Source: a virus
Length of the DNA stretch: 64,000 nucleotides
Virus record (IMG/VR): IMGVR_UViG_3300042292_000345
Location: 13,326 to 77,325 of that record
Strand: one strand, 5' to 3'
Below the pieces are notes generated by a model, which was given only the letters and a program-made list of their open reading frames with translations, was not told the DNA's origin and ran no database searches. Numbering within the stretch: the stretch's first letter is position 1; the number at the start of each line of letters is the position of its first letter. Below are positions 30,275 to 38,352 of the stretch, in pieces. The position numbers were made by a program, and so were the translations under genes.

Positions 30275-30445
30275 ATGCTACAGAGATTCAAAGAACCTTC
30301 AACATGGTTAGGGATTATAACAGGAACAATTGCAGTACTCTTGCAATTTCACCTTATAGAACTTACACCAGAACAAAGAGATGCCATTCAAGAACTTTTA
30401 ATTATAGTTCTAGGTAATGGATTAGTGATGACTAAAGACAGTTAA
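30275..30445 (+). CDS. Putative holin (56 aa, not in ORF track)
   Basis: MLQRFKEPSTWLGIITGTIAVLLQF..ELLIIVLGNGLV: R.KEPSTW.G motif of small two-TM holin-like proteins; GGAG RBS. Confidence 0.6.
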   Translation: MLQRFKEPSTWLGIITGTIAVLLQFHLIELTPEQRDAIQELLIIVLGNGLVMTKDS

Positions 30446-30450
30446 AGGAA

Positions 30451-30480
30451 GCCCTGATAGAAAATATCAGGGCATTTTTT
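30451..30480 (+). terminator. Intrinsic terminator
   Basis: GCCCTGATA-GAAAA-TATCAGGGC-ATTTTTT. Confidence 0.75.
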
Positions 30481-30482
30481 CG

Positions 30483-30983
30483 ATGATTATAAGAAAGCCT
30501 AAAGTAAATGAAATTCATATGTATTATGAAATAGCCTTGCAGTGTTCATTAGAGAGCCGTATAAAAGAATTTGATATTAATAAGGACTACGTAATGAATA
30601 ATATTAATGCAATGATGAGAGGAGAATATTTTTATGTAGTAGAAAATGAAGGAGTACCAGTAGGGTGGATGGCAGCATCTAAAAGAAGTGCTTCACTTTA
30701 TTGTGATAGATTAGTACTAGCAGTAGATAGTTATCAATGTAATTTAAAAGGTAGAAAAGCTGTTACAGCTATGCTAGATATTCATGAGCACTTATATGAT
30801 TATGCAAATACTATCAATGTAGAAATGGTTCTGACAGGTTCTGTTCTGAATTCAAAAAAGACTTATAATAAAATATTAAAGCACGAGGGCTGGGCTGATT
30901 ATGAATTTATGTTATTGAAAATGACAGATAAATATCAAAATAATAAAATACGTAGAAGGGTTCTGACTATAGCCGAAAAATAA
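30483..30983 (+). CDS. GNAT-fold (acetyltransferase-like) protein
   Basis: MIIRK start, YFYVVENEGVPVGWMAA beta strands, C-terminal YNKILKHEGW. Confidence 0.5.
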   Translation: MIIRKPKVNEIHMYYEIALQCSLESRIKEFDINKDYVMNNINAMMRGEYFYVVENEGVPVGWMAASKRSASLYCDRLVLAVDSYQCNLKGRKAVTAMLDIHEHLYDYANTINVEMVLTGSVLNSKKTYNKILKHEGWADYEFMLLKMTDKYQNNKIRRRVLTIAEK

Positions 30984-30990
30984 AGAAAGC

Positions 30991-31152
30991 GAGGTCAATG
31001 CAAAAACGTCGCCTGTGGCACGCGAGTTCGGGGCATGGCAACCGTATCGCCCGCGAAAATTCGGGGAGCGTACCCCCGCTAGCCGTCGCAGAAACGGGTG
31101 GCGTGTGGCAACTACTGCAAAACCGCAGGAAGGTTAACCCGTCAGGTCTCCC
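30991..31152 (+). repeat. GC-rich element A (1 of 3 related copies)
   Basis: Starts GAGGTCAATGCAAAAACGTCGCCTGTGGCACG, matching 49809 and 54840. Confidence 0.65.
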
Positions 31153-31167
31153 AGTATAAGGAAAATT

Positions 31168-31425
31168 ATGTTAATCAATGAATTAAAACTAGCTAATAAA
31201 TCTGAAAGATGTTCTTTAGTAATATCTTTATTAGATAAGAACAATACCCCTTGGAGATCCTCTAACAGAGGAATCCATATCACAGTAGAACGTGAACATT
31301 ATAAATTAGATATATGGCCTACTACTCTCAAATTTAGGATAACAGAATATCCGTTAGGTGAAGGAAATACTTTCAGTGGTGCTGAAGAATTCTTAGAAAA
31401 TCTGGAAAAGTATTTGCGCAAATAA
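31168..31425 (+). CDS. Hypothetical protein
   Basis: 85-aa ORF, AAGGA RBS, DIWPTT.KF motif. Confidence 0.65.
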   Translation: MLINELKLANKSERCSLVISLLDKNNTPWRSSNRGIHITVEREHYKLDIWPTTLKFRITEYPLGEGNTFSGAEEFLENLEKYLRK

Positions 31426-31454
31426 TGGTATCTTATATGAATACCATAAGGTAT
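31416..31454 (+). promoter_or_regulatory. Candidate phage RNAP promoter, copy 1
   Basis: GCGCAAATAATGGTATCTTATATGAA-TACCATAAGGTAT; conserved at 32552 and 46386; each copy lies just upstream of an RBS. Confidence 0.65.
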
Positions 31455-31479
31455 ATCATAACCCATTAGGAGTAGTATC

Positions 31480-31920
31480 ATGTTAGTAGAATTAAATAAT
31501 GCAGCAGGCAATTGTGCAACTTTAGCATTTGGATTAAATGTAGCACTAGAAACAAGATTGTATAAAAGCGGATGGAGACAATTCTCGTCTGATATAGACT
31601 TTAAGACGAAAGGAGAAGCATTGTATAACGCCCTTTTAAGTCCAAGAATTTATCTTGATTTAGAAGATGGCGAAAGTTGGGATAAATGCAGCTTATCTAT
31701 TTCAAAATTAAAAATAAAGAGGGGAAGTTCAGATGTTAGAGCTGAAATTGTTGAGCTTAAGGATGGATCTTTTGATATAGTAATTGTGTATTCAGTTTTT
31801 GATGATGATCTTGGTGATTATAACCTTGATCTTGAAATGAGAGGTGTACACTCTAATCATGAGGATTTATCAGCAGTTATTAATTGGGCGGCAAGCCTTG
31901 GCATTAAATTTGTAAAGTAG
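31480..31920 (+). CDS. Hypothetical protein
   Basis: 146-aa ORF with AGGAG RBS directly after promoter motif. Confidence 0.75.
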   Translation: MLVELNNAAGNCATLAFGLNVALETRLYKSGWRQFSSDIDFKTKGEALYNALLSPRIYLDLEDGESWDKCSLSISKLKIKRGSSDVRAEIVELKDGSFDIVIVYSVFDDDLGDYNLDLEMRGVHSNHEDLSAVINWAASLGIKFVK

Positions 31921-31929
31921 GAGAATAGT

Positions 31930-32043
31930 ATGTTAGATTTAATAATAATCAGCGCAGGTTTTGCGGTATGTGTAATATGGTTAAGATGTTTTAAAGAACC
32001 TACATATGTATTAGGTAAGAACCACATCAGTTTTAAAAAATAA
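31930..32043 (+). CDS. Small membrane peptide (37 aa)
   Basis: AGGAG RBS; MLDLIIISAGFAVCVIWLRCFK hydrophobic stretch. Confidence 0.5.
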   Translation: MLDLIIISAGFAVCVIWLRCFKEPTYVLGKNHISFKK

Positions 32044-32059
32044 TTTATTGGAGTAAGTT

Positions 32060-32548
32060 ATGAGAGTTATTAAGACACATTTTAAAGATATCATTTTCAA
32101 TAGTAAAGACAAAGTAGTAGCCGTAAAGAAGTATGCCACACATGCCACTAAGTCCCATAAAAGTATAAAATTAGAACCCCCCTATATTTATATGGTTGGA
32201 GATAACTATATTGGATATCATAAACTTAGTAATAGGTATGAGGTTGTGACTATTAGAAGAAACAAAGGAGCTGGTAAATGCCATTTAGCAAACTTTGCTA
32301 GTAGGAGTGGTGCTGAAGGTTTTTTAAAGTATCTTTTATTTTCACACTACACTTATAGCGAGTTATTAGAAATGGCAGGTCTTCCACAAGATCCACGTTA
32401 TACAGATCGGCCATCCTTCTTTCAATTTGAAAATTCTAATTTTGAATATCCATATAATGATATGTATGCGATTTTAGATTCAGACATACCTTTGAAACAG
32501 CTAAAAATGTTGCAAAAGAGAATTTCAGACTTTTTAAGTGAAAAATAA
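32060..32548 (+). CDS. Protein with AP2-like DNA-binding domain
   Basis: YIGYHKLSNRYEVVTIRRNKGAGKCHLANFASRSGAE resembles AP2 (RY...I....K..HLG.F.....A). Confidence 0.4.
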   Translation: MRVIKTHFKDIIFNSKDKVVAVKKYATHATKSHKSIKLEPPYIYMVGDNYIGYHKLSNRYEVVTIRRNKGAGKCHLANFASRSGAEGFLKYLLFSHYTYSELLEMAGLPQDPRYTDRPSFFQFENSNFEYPYNDMYAILDSDIPLKQLKMLQKRISDFLSEK

Positions 32549-32551
32549 AAC

Positions 32552-32590
32552 ACGCAAAAACAAGTATCTTATATGAATACCATAAGGTAT
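32552..32590 (+). promoter_or_regulatory. Candidate phage RNAP promoter, copy 2
   Basis: ACGCAAAAACAAGTATCTTATATGAA-TACCATAAGGTAT; 27 bp identical to copy 1. Confidence 0.65.
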
Positions 32591-32625
32591 CTCAATAACT
32601 ATAATTAACTTTTTGGAGTATTATC

Positions 32626-32796
32626 ATGTTTACAGTTGAAATCAACAGAAAAGCACTTGAATCACAATTAGAGCTAGCGCAAGCAGCTCTAGATGGCTTA
32701 AGAGCAGATGACGTCTTTAAAATGCTGCCAGGTTATTCAGTAATGGTAGCACGTAAAGAACGTGAAATTGAAGAATTAAAAATTCGTTTAGCTTAA
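32626..32796 (+). CDS. Small coiled-coil protein (56 aa, not in ORF track)
   Basis: GGAG RBS; MFTVEINRKALESQLELAQAALDGL..KEREIEELKIRLA. Confidence 0.65.
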   Translation: MFTVEINRKALESQLELAQAALDGLRADDVFKMLPGYSVMVARKEREIEELKIRLA

Positions 32797-32813
32797 TTAT
32801 TTGGAGAGCAGTC

Positions 32814-33101
32814 ATGAGAAGAATCGACCACGCACAAAGAAACATTGCAAGATTATTTAAAACAAGAACAGCAGTAAATGCTAAATCAGTTAAGAAAGAG
32901 TTAGTAAATCCTCTAGTAGCAGGGACTACTGGTGCAGTAGTAGGCGCAACAAGCTTTGCTAGAAATACTAGCTTAGCACTATCAGTTACCTCTGAGGTAG
33001 TTGGTGGTACGGCTGTTGGTATTCTATCAGTAGGTACGTTAGCAACAGCAGGAATCTTAGGGTATGTAGCTTATAAAGCTGCAAGAAAAATCCTAAGATA
33101 A
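32814..33101 (+). CDS. Gly/Ala-rich putative membrane protein
   Basis: GxxxG-rich hydrophobic C-terminal half with basic ends. Confidence 0.6.
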   Translation: MRRIDHAQRNIARLFKTRTAVNAKSVKKELVNPLVAGTTGAVVGATSFARNTSLALSVTSEVVGGTAVGILSVGTLATAGILGYVAYKAARKILR

Positions 33102-33108
33102 ACACAAC

Positions 33109-33164
33109 CCAACCTATTAGAGGCCCTTAGGCTCCTAATAGGTTGGTATTTAATTTTTTTTTTT
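33109..33164 (+). terminator. Long hairpin plus T11 tract
   Basis: CCAACCTATTAG...CTAATAGGTTGG, then T11 at 33154-33164. Confidence 0.7.
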
Positions 33165-33186
33165 CTCCACAACTAAAGGAGGTAAC

Positions 33187-33555
33187 ATGTTAGCATTAGG
33201 TTTAAAATGTATGACATTAGCCTTGTATCTCGAAGGCCGAAATCAATCTGAAATGGTTCAGACAAAGCTGGCTGAAGTAGTAATGGAGAGAGCTGATTGG
33301 CAACCTGCTCTCGTTTGTAAAGTATTGAAAGAACCAGCGCAATTCACTGGTTATCCACACAGGGTAAAGCTTCCAATACCTAAAAATAAACCCGACAGGG
33401 TTGCACTAGTGACTGTAAATAAAGTCGCAAGGAAGGTGATGTTTGGCAGCAGTCGCCCTAAGCATCGTTGTAAGTTCTTTAATCATAAAAGATTAGGAAA
33501 GCGTTTTAATACTAGCAATAATGCAGTCATTGCTGGTGATTTTATATTTTATTAG
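33187..33555 (+). CDS. SleB/CwlJ-like cell wall hydrolase (Hydrolase_2)
   Basis: CMTLALYLEGRNQS..AEVVMER..VCKVLKEPAQFT..GDFIFY. Confidence 0.8.
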   Translation: MLALGLKCMTLALYLEGRNQSEMVQTKLAEVVMERADWQPALVCKVLKEPAQFTGYPHRVKLPIPKNKPDRVALVTVNKVARKVMFGSSRPKHRCKFFNHKRLGKRFNTSNNAVIAGDFIFY

Positions 33556-33563
33556 GAGGATAT

Positions 33564-33698
33564 ATGGAGTACGCAGTATTAGGTCTATTAGTAGTAAATA
33601 CGCTGTTACTATTAGCAGTATTTGGGGGAATCAGAATGGTAATAAGTTTACAAGACTCTATAAGCCAAGTTCTTATCAAAGGCAATAGTATTCATTAA
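33564..33698 (+). CDS. Small single-TM protein (44 aa)
   Basis: AGGAGG RBS; MEYAVLGLLVVNTLLLLAVFGGIRMV. Confidence 0.6.
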   Translation: MEYAVLGLLVVNTLLLLAVFGGIRMVISLQDSISQVLIKGNSIH

Positions 33699-33738
33699 CA
33701 CTAACAAAGACAGAGGACTGTCTATTTTGGAGGCATTT

Positions 33739-34074
33739 ATGCTACCGTTTATATTGGGAGTTGTAATTGGCGCAGCCTTTACTAGCTCTAAGCGATACGA
33801 TCGAGAGATCAATAAAATATTAAAAACACGAAAAACAAGGCTACAAAATCTTAGACAACAACCACAAATAACGCTTGAGGGTATGGAATACGATTCAAAA
33901 GCAAAAGAGTACTTTGTGTCTATGATAACTGTTGATAGAAATACTTTTACACTTAGTACAATTCCTATTATGCTGAATGAGGTAAAATACTATTCAGTAA
34001 TAATAAAGAATCAAGTAAGACCATTTTTAATTGACAAACTTGAACGCCTAAAGTTGCAAGACTTTATGGGCTAG
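33739..34074 (+). CDS. Hypothetical protein with N-terminal membrane anchor
   Basis: GGAGG RBS before ATG 33739; MLPFILGVVIGAAF. Confidence 0.65.
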   Translation: MLPFILGVVIGAAFTSSKRYDREINKILKTRKTRLQNLRQQPQITLEGMEYDSKAKEYFVSMITVDRNTFTLSTIPIMLNEVKYYSVIIKNQVRPFLIDKLERLKLQDFMG

Positions 34075-34124
34075 ACTAACTCTATGAGGCGGTGCAGCTC
34101 ATAGGGTCTTGCAGTATTTTTCAT

Positions 34125-34161
34125 GACCTCCCTTCGGGGAGGTCTCCTTATTTTTTTTTTT
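34125..34161 (+). terminator. cUUCGg hairpin plus T11 tract
   Basis: GACCTCCC-TTCG-GGGAGGTC, T11 at 34151-34161. Confidence 0.75.
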
Positions 34162-34322
34162 AGGAATTATATGAAATACTGTATGACACTAACTGCATCA
34201 CTCATGATACTAGGGCCAACACACCAAGCGTTATTTATGGGTACTTTAATTTATCTTTATTGCGTAGGTAAGAAATATGTTGGTTAGATTAATATTATTA
34301 CTATTGATATCGGAGGCAATTA

Positions 34323-36389
34323 ATGGAAGTAGCAACGATAGAAACGCTGTATCTGTATACAAGACCAAAAAGAAGCGGTGATCCAATTCTATTTGCAGAG
34401 CTTATTACAGCTATGGGTAGGGCACTTTCAGATTCTAGATGTTCGACTGAAAGAGCCAGAATTGGTGCTAACTTTATTTACAATCTAGAAGAGCAGTGTA
34501 TTCTAGAACTTCAACTGAATCAAGATAATCAATATATAATTAAGATTATCAATGATGCATGGATCTTAGATATAATGAGGAAGTGTGTAAAGATCCATCA
34601 CAGTACTTTTCCTTCTCTACTACCATATGATGACTGGGATAAATTTTATCATAGTACAGGTGCTAAACTAATAAAAAGTAAAGCACCAGAATTGAAAAAG
34701 ATAAGCCCTAATACTCATCCTATTGTATTTGATAGTATTAACAGGTCTCAAAGTGTTGGTTGGAATATCAATAAAAGAATTCTACCAATAGCTGAGTGGT
34801 GTCTGAAAAGACAAGAAGCGGCTTTTAGTGATATCTGGAATCAAGTAAAGAAAGAAGCTAAAGCAACAAAGTCTAGAGAGTCTAAGACAATCATTCAGAT
34901 TGCTAAAGAGTTTATTAATTCAACTTTTTATCATCTGTATTATCTTGACTTCCGTGGCAGGTGTTATCCAACTACTGCATACCTTCACGAGCAAGGTTCA
35001 GATCTAGCAAAGGGTTTATTACTCAGAGCTGATAAGAAAAGAATCGGTGAAGGTGGTTATAGATGGTTATGTATCAGTATAGCATCTAACTGGGCAGGTG
35101 CAAGTGGTCGTCCAGATGGTGCAAAGACTGATAAGATTCCTATGTTAGAAAGGTATCAATGGACTCAAGCAAATCTAGATGTGTTGCTTAGCTATGCCAG
35201 AGATCCTCAGAAGAACAAAGGATGGATGGATGCTGATAAGTGTTGGCAGTTTCTAGCAGCTTGTATAGAGCTAAAGAAAATACATGATACTGTATTATAT
35301 CATGGAGCAAATATTTATGATTATGAAAGTCATCTAGAATGTTTTATAGATGGCTCAACTAATGGCTCACAGCATCTGGCAGCACTTACTAGAGATGAAG
35401 TAACAGCACCATATGTTAACTTAGTACCTAGTAGACTGCCTGGTGATTTATATACGTATGTTGCAAACTCTATATGGAAATTTGTCAGTGTTACGTTAGC
35501 TGATCTAGATCCCAATCTAGTAGCTGCAGCAGAAGTATTTGTAGATACTATAATTGAAATGAAAGCACAAGTTAGAAACACTGAACCTAGAAGTGAACTA
35601 AGAAAAGCGCATTCAGAGAAATTACAGTATTATAGGAATCAATATCACTATCTAGAAGAGACAGCAGCTTTTGTCTTCTGGAATAGAGTTAAAGATTTAA
35701 AAGAACGAAGAAAGATCGTTAAACGTGGTGTAATGACTTTACCATATGGCGGGACTTCTTACGGTCTTGGAGAGCAGGTTCTAGAAGACTCTAAAAAGCA
35801 TGGAATAGATCTCTTAAAAGATCTTGATATGAAATGGGGCACTTTCATGGGTAGACTTATCTTTATGAACTGTAAAGATTCATTAAAGAATCCTATGAAA
35901 CTTCTAGATATATTTAGTAAAGCAGGAGTGAAGGCTGAAAAAAGAGATGAGTATCTTTCTTGGACAGTACCTGTAACTAAGTTTCCTGTAATCCAGCATT
36001 ACGATGAAGGTACAATAAAGAAAGTGTTAATTATGTATGGGGGTAGAGAATTAAAGATATCTATCTATCACTCTGAGTTTCCTACTAAAGCTAAAAGGAA
36101 GCAAGGGCAAGGAGCAGCACCTAATATTGTTCATTCACTTGATGCAGCACATCTAATGCTTACTAAAGTAACTTGTCCATTTACAGTAACAACTATTCAC
36201 GATTCTTATGGATGTTTGTTAGCTGATATGGATGATTTATTTAGAATAGTTAGAGAGACATTTGTAGATCTTTATAGAGTAAATCCATTAGATTATTTGA
36301 TGGAAGAAATTCAAGGAGATATGAGTGGTTTAGAAATCGGTGCGCTAGATATCAATAGTGTACTAAAATCAGAATATTGCTTTAGTTAA
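34323..36389 (+). CDS. Single-subunit (T7-family) DNA-directed RNA polymerase, 688 aa
   Basis: DFRGRCYP, motif A DGSTNGSQH, motif B RKIVKRGVMTLPYG, PNIVHSLDAAH, motif C IHDSY, C-terminal SEYCFS. Confidence 0.96.
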   Translation: MEVATIETLYLYTRPKRSGDPILFAELITAMGRALSDSRCSTERARIGANFIYNLEEQCILELQLNQDNQYIIKIINDAWILDIMRKCVKIHHSTFPSLLPYDDWDKFYHSTGAKLIKSKAPELKKISPNTHPIVFDSINRSQSVGWNINKRILPIAEWCLKRQEAAFSDIWNQVKKEAKATKSRESKTIIQIAKEFINSTFYHLYYLDFRGRCYPTTAYLHEQGSDLAKGLLLRADKKRIGEGGYRWLCISIASNWAGASGRPDGAKTDKIPMLERYQWTQANLDVLLSYARDPQKNKGWMDADKCWQFLAACIELKKIHDTVLYHGANIYDYESHLECFIDGSTNGSQHLAALTRDEVTAPYVNLVPSRLPGDLYTYVANSIWKFVSVTLADLDPNLVAAAEVFVDTIIEMKAQVRNTEPRSELRKAHSEKLQYYRNQYHYLEETAAFVFWNRVKDLKERRKIVKRGVMTLPYGGTSYGLGEQVLEDSKKHGIDLLKDLDMKWGTFMGRLIFMNCKDSLKNPMKLLDIFSKAGVKAEKRDEYLSWTVPVTKFPVIQHYDEGTIKKVLIMYGGRELKISIYHSEFPTKAKRKQGQGAAPNIVHSLDAAHLMLTKVTCPFTVTTIHDSYGCLLADMDDLFRIVRETFVDLYRVNPLDYLMEEIQGDMSGLEIGALDINSVLKSEYCFS

Positions 36390-36398
36390 GGAGAGCAA

Positions 36399-36788
36399 AT
36401 GAAAGAATTTAAAGATATTAAAGATTTAGAAAATTTACCACACGTAGACAATCTTATTGACGTTATTACAGATAGTCTTGATATTGATACAGCTTTAGAT
36501 TTTATTGCTGGATTTTCTTTCATGTCTATTTTTGGGGGTAATCTATTCCTGATTGAGACTAAAGAGGACTTGAAAAGTGTCTGTCCTGATTTAGAATCAG
36601 ATGAAGGTTATATAACGCCTTTTGATACATACGACTATGTTACTGACCTACCTACTAGTGATAAAAAGCTGTACCATTTGCTCACTATTATTAATAACAA
36701 CTCTGGTGGACCGACTTACATTGTCCCTTCAGAGCTTGTAGACCAAGATGTAGAATTTCTTATTGCAGCAGTATTAGCGCAAAATTGA
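36399..36788 (+). CDS. Hypothetical acidic protein
   Basis: 129-aa ORF, AAGGAG RBS, NNSGGPTYIVP motif. Confidence 0.7.
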   Translation: MKEFKDIKDLENLPHVDNLIDVITDSLDIDTALDFIAGFSFMSIFGGNLFLIETKEDLKSVCPDLESDEGYITPFDTYDYVTDLPTSDKKLYHLLTIINNNSGGPTYIVPSELVDQDVEFLIAAVLAQN

Positions 36789-36797
36789 GAGGATATT

Positions 36798-37073
36798 ATG
36801 AAAGTATTAAAACAAGTTGAAGCATTTAACACTACAGCTGAAGATATAGAAGAGCTATTTCGCATTATGTATCATTGTGAAAAATTCACCTTCAATGGGC
36901 ATCAGATAGTAGGTTTGACATTTGATCAAAACGGTCTTAAAATTACTGTATTAATTAACGCTGTTAAATTTACTGTTAATCTTAATCCAGAAACAATATT
37001 AGTACTTGACGGACATAGATTATCTATGGTTACTAGAAAGGTTTTCAATAAGGAGTACATTAAATGGGCATGA
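36798..37073 (+). CDS. Hypothetical protein
   Basis: 91-aa ORF with GAGG RBS. Confidence 0.65.
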   Translation: MKVLKQVEAFNTTAEDIEELFRIMYHCEKFTFNGHQIVGLTFDQNGLKITVLINAVKFTVNLNPETILVLDGHRLSMVTRKVFNKEYIKWA

Positions 37074-37255
37074 TGACAGCTAATATAGTGTCACACAGTA
37101 TTACAAATGATTCTGATGAGTTGCTGATAGAGTTGTTTGTAGAAGAGAAAGATGTGTTTAACATCTATATTGCTAAAGATGATATGTCTATTGAAGACAT
37201 TAAATGTATTTTTGGCGCACTTAACTCTGTTTACAATAAGTTAAACGGAAAATAA
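37064..37255 (+). CDS. Hypothetical protein
   Basis: 63-aa ORF with AAGGAG RBS. Confidence 0.6.
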   Translation: MGMMTANIVSHSITNDSDELLIELFVEEKDVFNIYIAKDDMSIEDIKCIFGALNSVYNKLNGK

Positions 37256-37278
37256 TCTAATCTCTAAGGAGAACTAAA

Positions 37279-37827
37279 ATGGCATTACCAGTACCTGAAT
37301 TGAAAACAAAAGTTGTAATCCGTGACGTAGTATTGAAATACGCCCATCTAGGTCGTCCAAGCGGAAAGTTCACTCCTGAGAATCCTACATACGAGGTTAA
37401 TATTACTACGTATGATATGGATGTAAAGAAATTGCTACAAGCAATGGGTGCAAAAGTAGAGACCGATGTTGAAGAAGAAAGCGGAAAAGCCTGCCATTCT
37501 ACTACACTTCGGAGTAAATCTTTGAATGTAAAAACAGGTGAGAAGATGATACCACCAACAGTAGTAGGTATGAATAAGCTTCCAATAGATCCTAATATTA
37601 TTGGTAATGGTTCTATTGGTGATGTTGTTATTTCTTCTTACGCATACACTTTCAAAGAAAAGAAAGGTACTGCAGTAAATCTACATGCAGTTAGAGTTAA
37701 AGTTCTTCACAAGTATGAAAGAGCAGAGTCTAATAGCCTTGACTTATTTGAAGATGATGATTCAGAAACTGTAGTAATTGAATCTGAAGAAGCATCTGCA
37801 GATGATTTTGATGATATGCCTTACTAG
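37279..37827 (+). CDS. Single-stranded DNA-binding protein (T7 gp2.5-like)
   Basis: YAHL..P, IGNGS.GDV, L.AV.V motifs; acidic tail ending in an aromatic residue (DDFDDMPY). Confidence 0.85.
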   Translation: MALPVPELKTKVVIRDVVLKYAHLGRPSGKFTPENPTYEVNITTYDMDVKKLLQAMGAKVETDVEEESGKACHSTTLRSKSLNVKTGEKMIPPTVVGMNKLPIDPNIIGNGSIGDVVISSYAYTFKEKKGTAVNLHAVRVKVLHKYERAESNSLDLFEDDDSETVVIESEEASADDFDDMPY

Positions 37828-37835
37828 GAGCTGAT

Positions 37836-38135
37836 ATGGTTAATGAAGAGATCAAGAAAGAAGGTAGTCCATATAAGGGCAGTGAAGCATATCACTACCA
37901 GAGTTATATAGACGACTACCAGTGGATTGAAGCCATTGGAAGAATGCCTAATTTTAGAGAACTATCTAATGGTAAATTCTTTGGAGTAGTCGAAGTATTG
38001 GCTAGAAAATATCTAGATAGATTAGGTAAGAAAGACGACCCTGTTCAGGAATTAGATAAAGCTATTTGGTATTTAAGATATCTTAGAGCTTGTATTAAAA
38101 CTAACAGTGTTGCAGATCCTAAAAATATGGAGTAA
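37836..38135 (+). CDS. DUF3310 / T7 gp1.7-like putative nucleotide kinase
   Basis: HYQ....QWIEAI..KYLDRLGKKDDPVQELDKAIWYL. Confidence 0.75.
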   Translation: MVNEEIKKEGSPYKGSEAYHYQSYIDDYQWIEAIGRMPNFRELSNGKFFGVVEVLARKYLDRLGKKDDPVQELDKAIWYLRYLRACIKTNSVADPKNME

Positions 38136-38137
38136 GT

Positions 38138-38302
38138 ATGTTTTATAATAGAGACATCGACGTAGATAGAGAGAACTGTGATTATCCTGAAAGTACTGAT
38201 AATTGGGATGAAGATGATGGTGTTATTGTAGGTGCACATTCTTACAATAAAAACTGCTCTTGCTATCTATGTGATCCACCAGGATTTATGCCAGGTGATT
38301 AA
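38138..38302 (+). CDS. Small acidic Cys-containing protein (54 aa, not in ORF track)
   Basis: GGAG RBS; ..HSYNKNCSCYLCDPPG. Confidence 0.5.
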   Translation: MFYNRDIDVDRENCDYPESTDNWDEDDGVIVGAHSYNKNCSCYLCDPPGFMPGD

Positions 38303-38311
38303 GTAATTAGA

Positions 38312-38338
38312 GCGCCCTAGTGACAGTAGGGCGTTTTT
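38312..38338 (+). terminator. Intrinsic terminator
   Basis: GCGCCCTA-GTGACAG-TAGGGCGT-TTTT. Confidence 0.65.
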
Positions 38339-38352
38339 ATTTGGAGATATTT

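Noticed and set aside
31016-31030. Sigma54-like TGGCACG in element A (and similar words in B and C)
   Set aside because: The required GC at -12 (GG-N10-GC) is absent in each case
30991-31152. tRNA or known riboswitch in the GC-rich elements
   Set aside because: No cloverleaf with T-loop and acceptor stem, and no riboswitch consensus recognised
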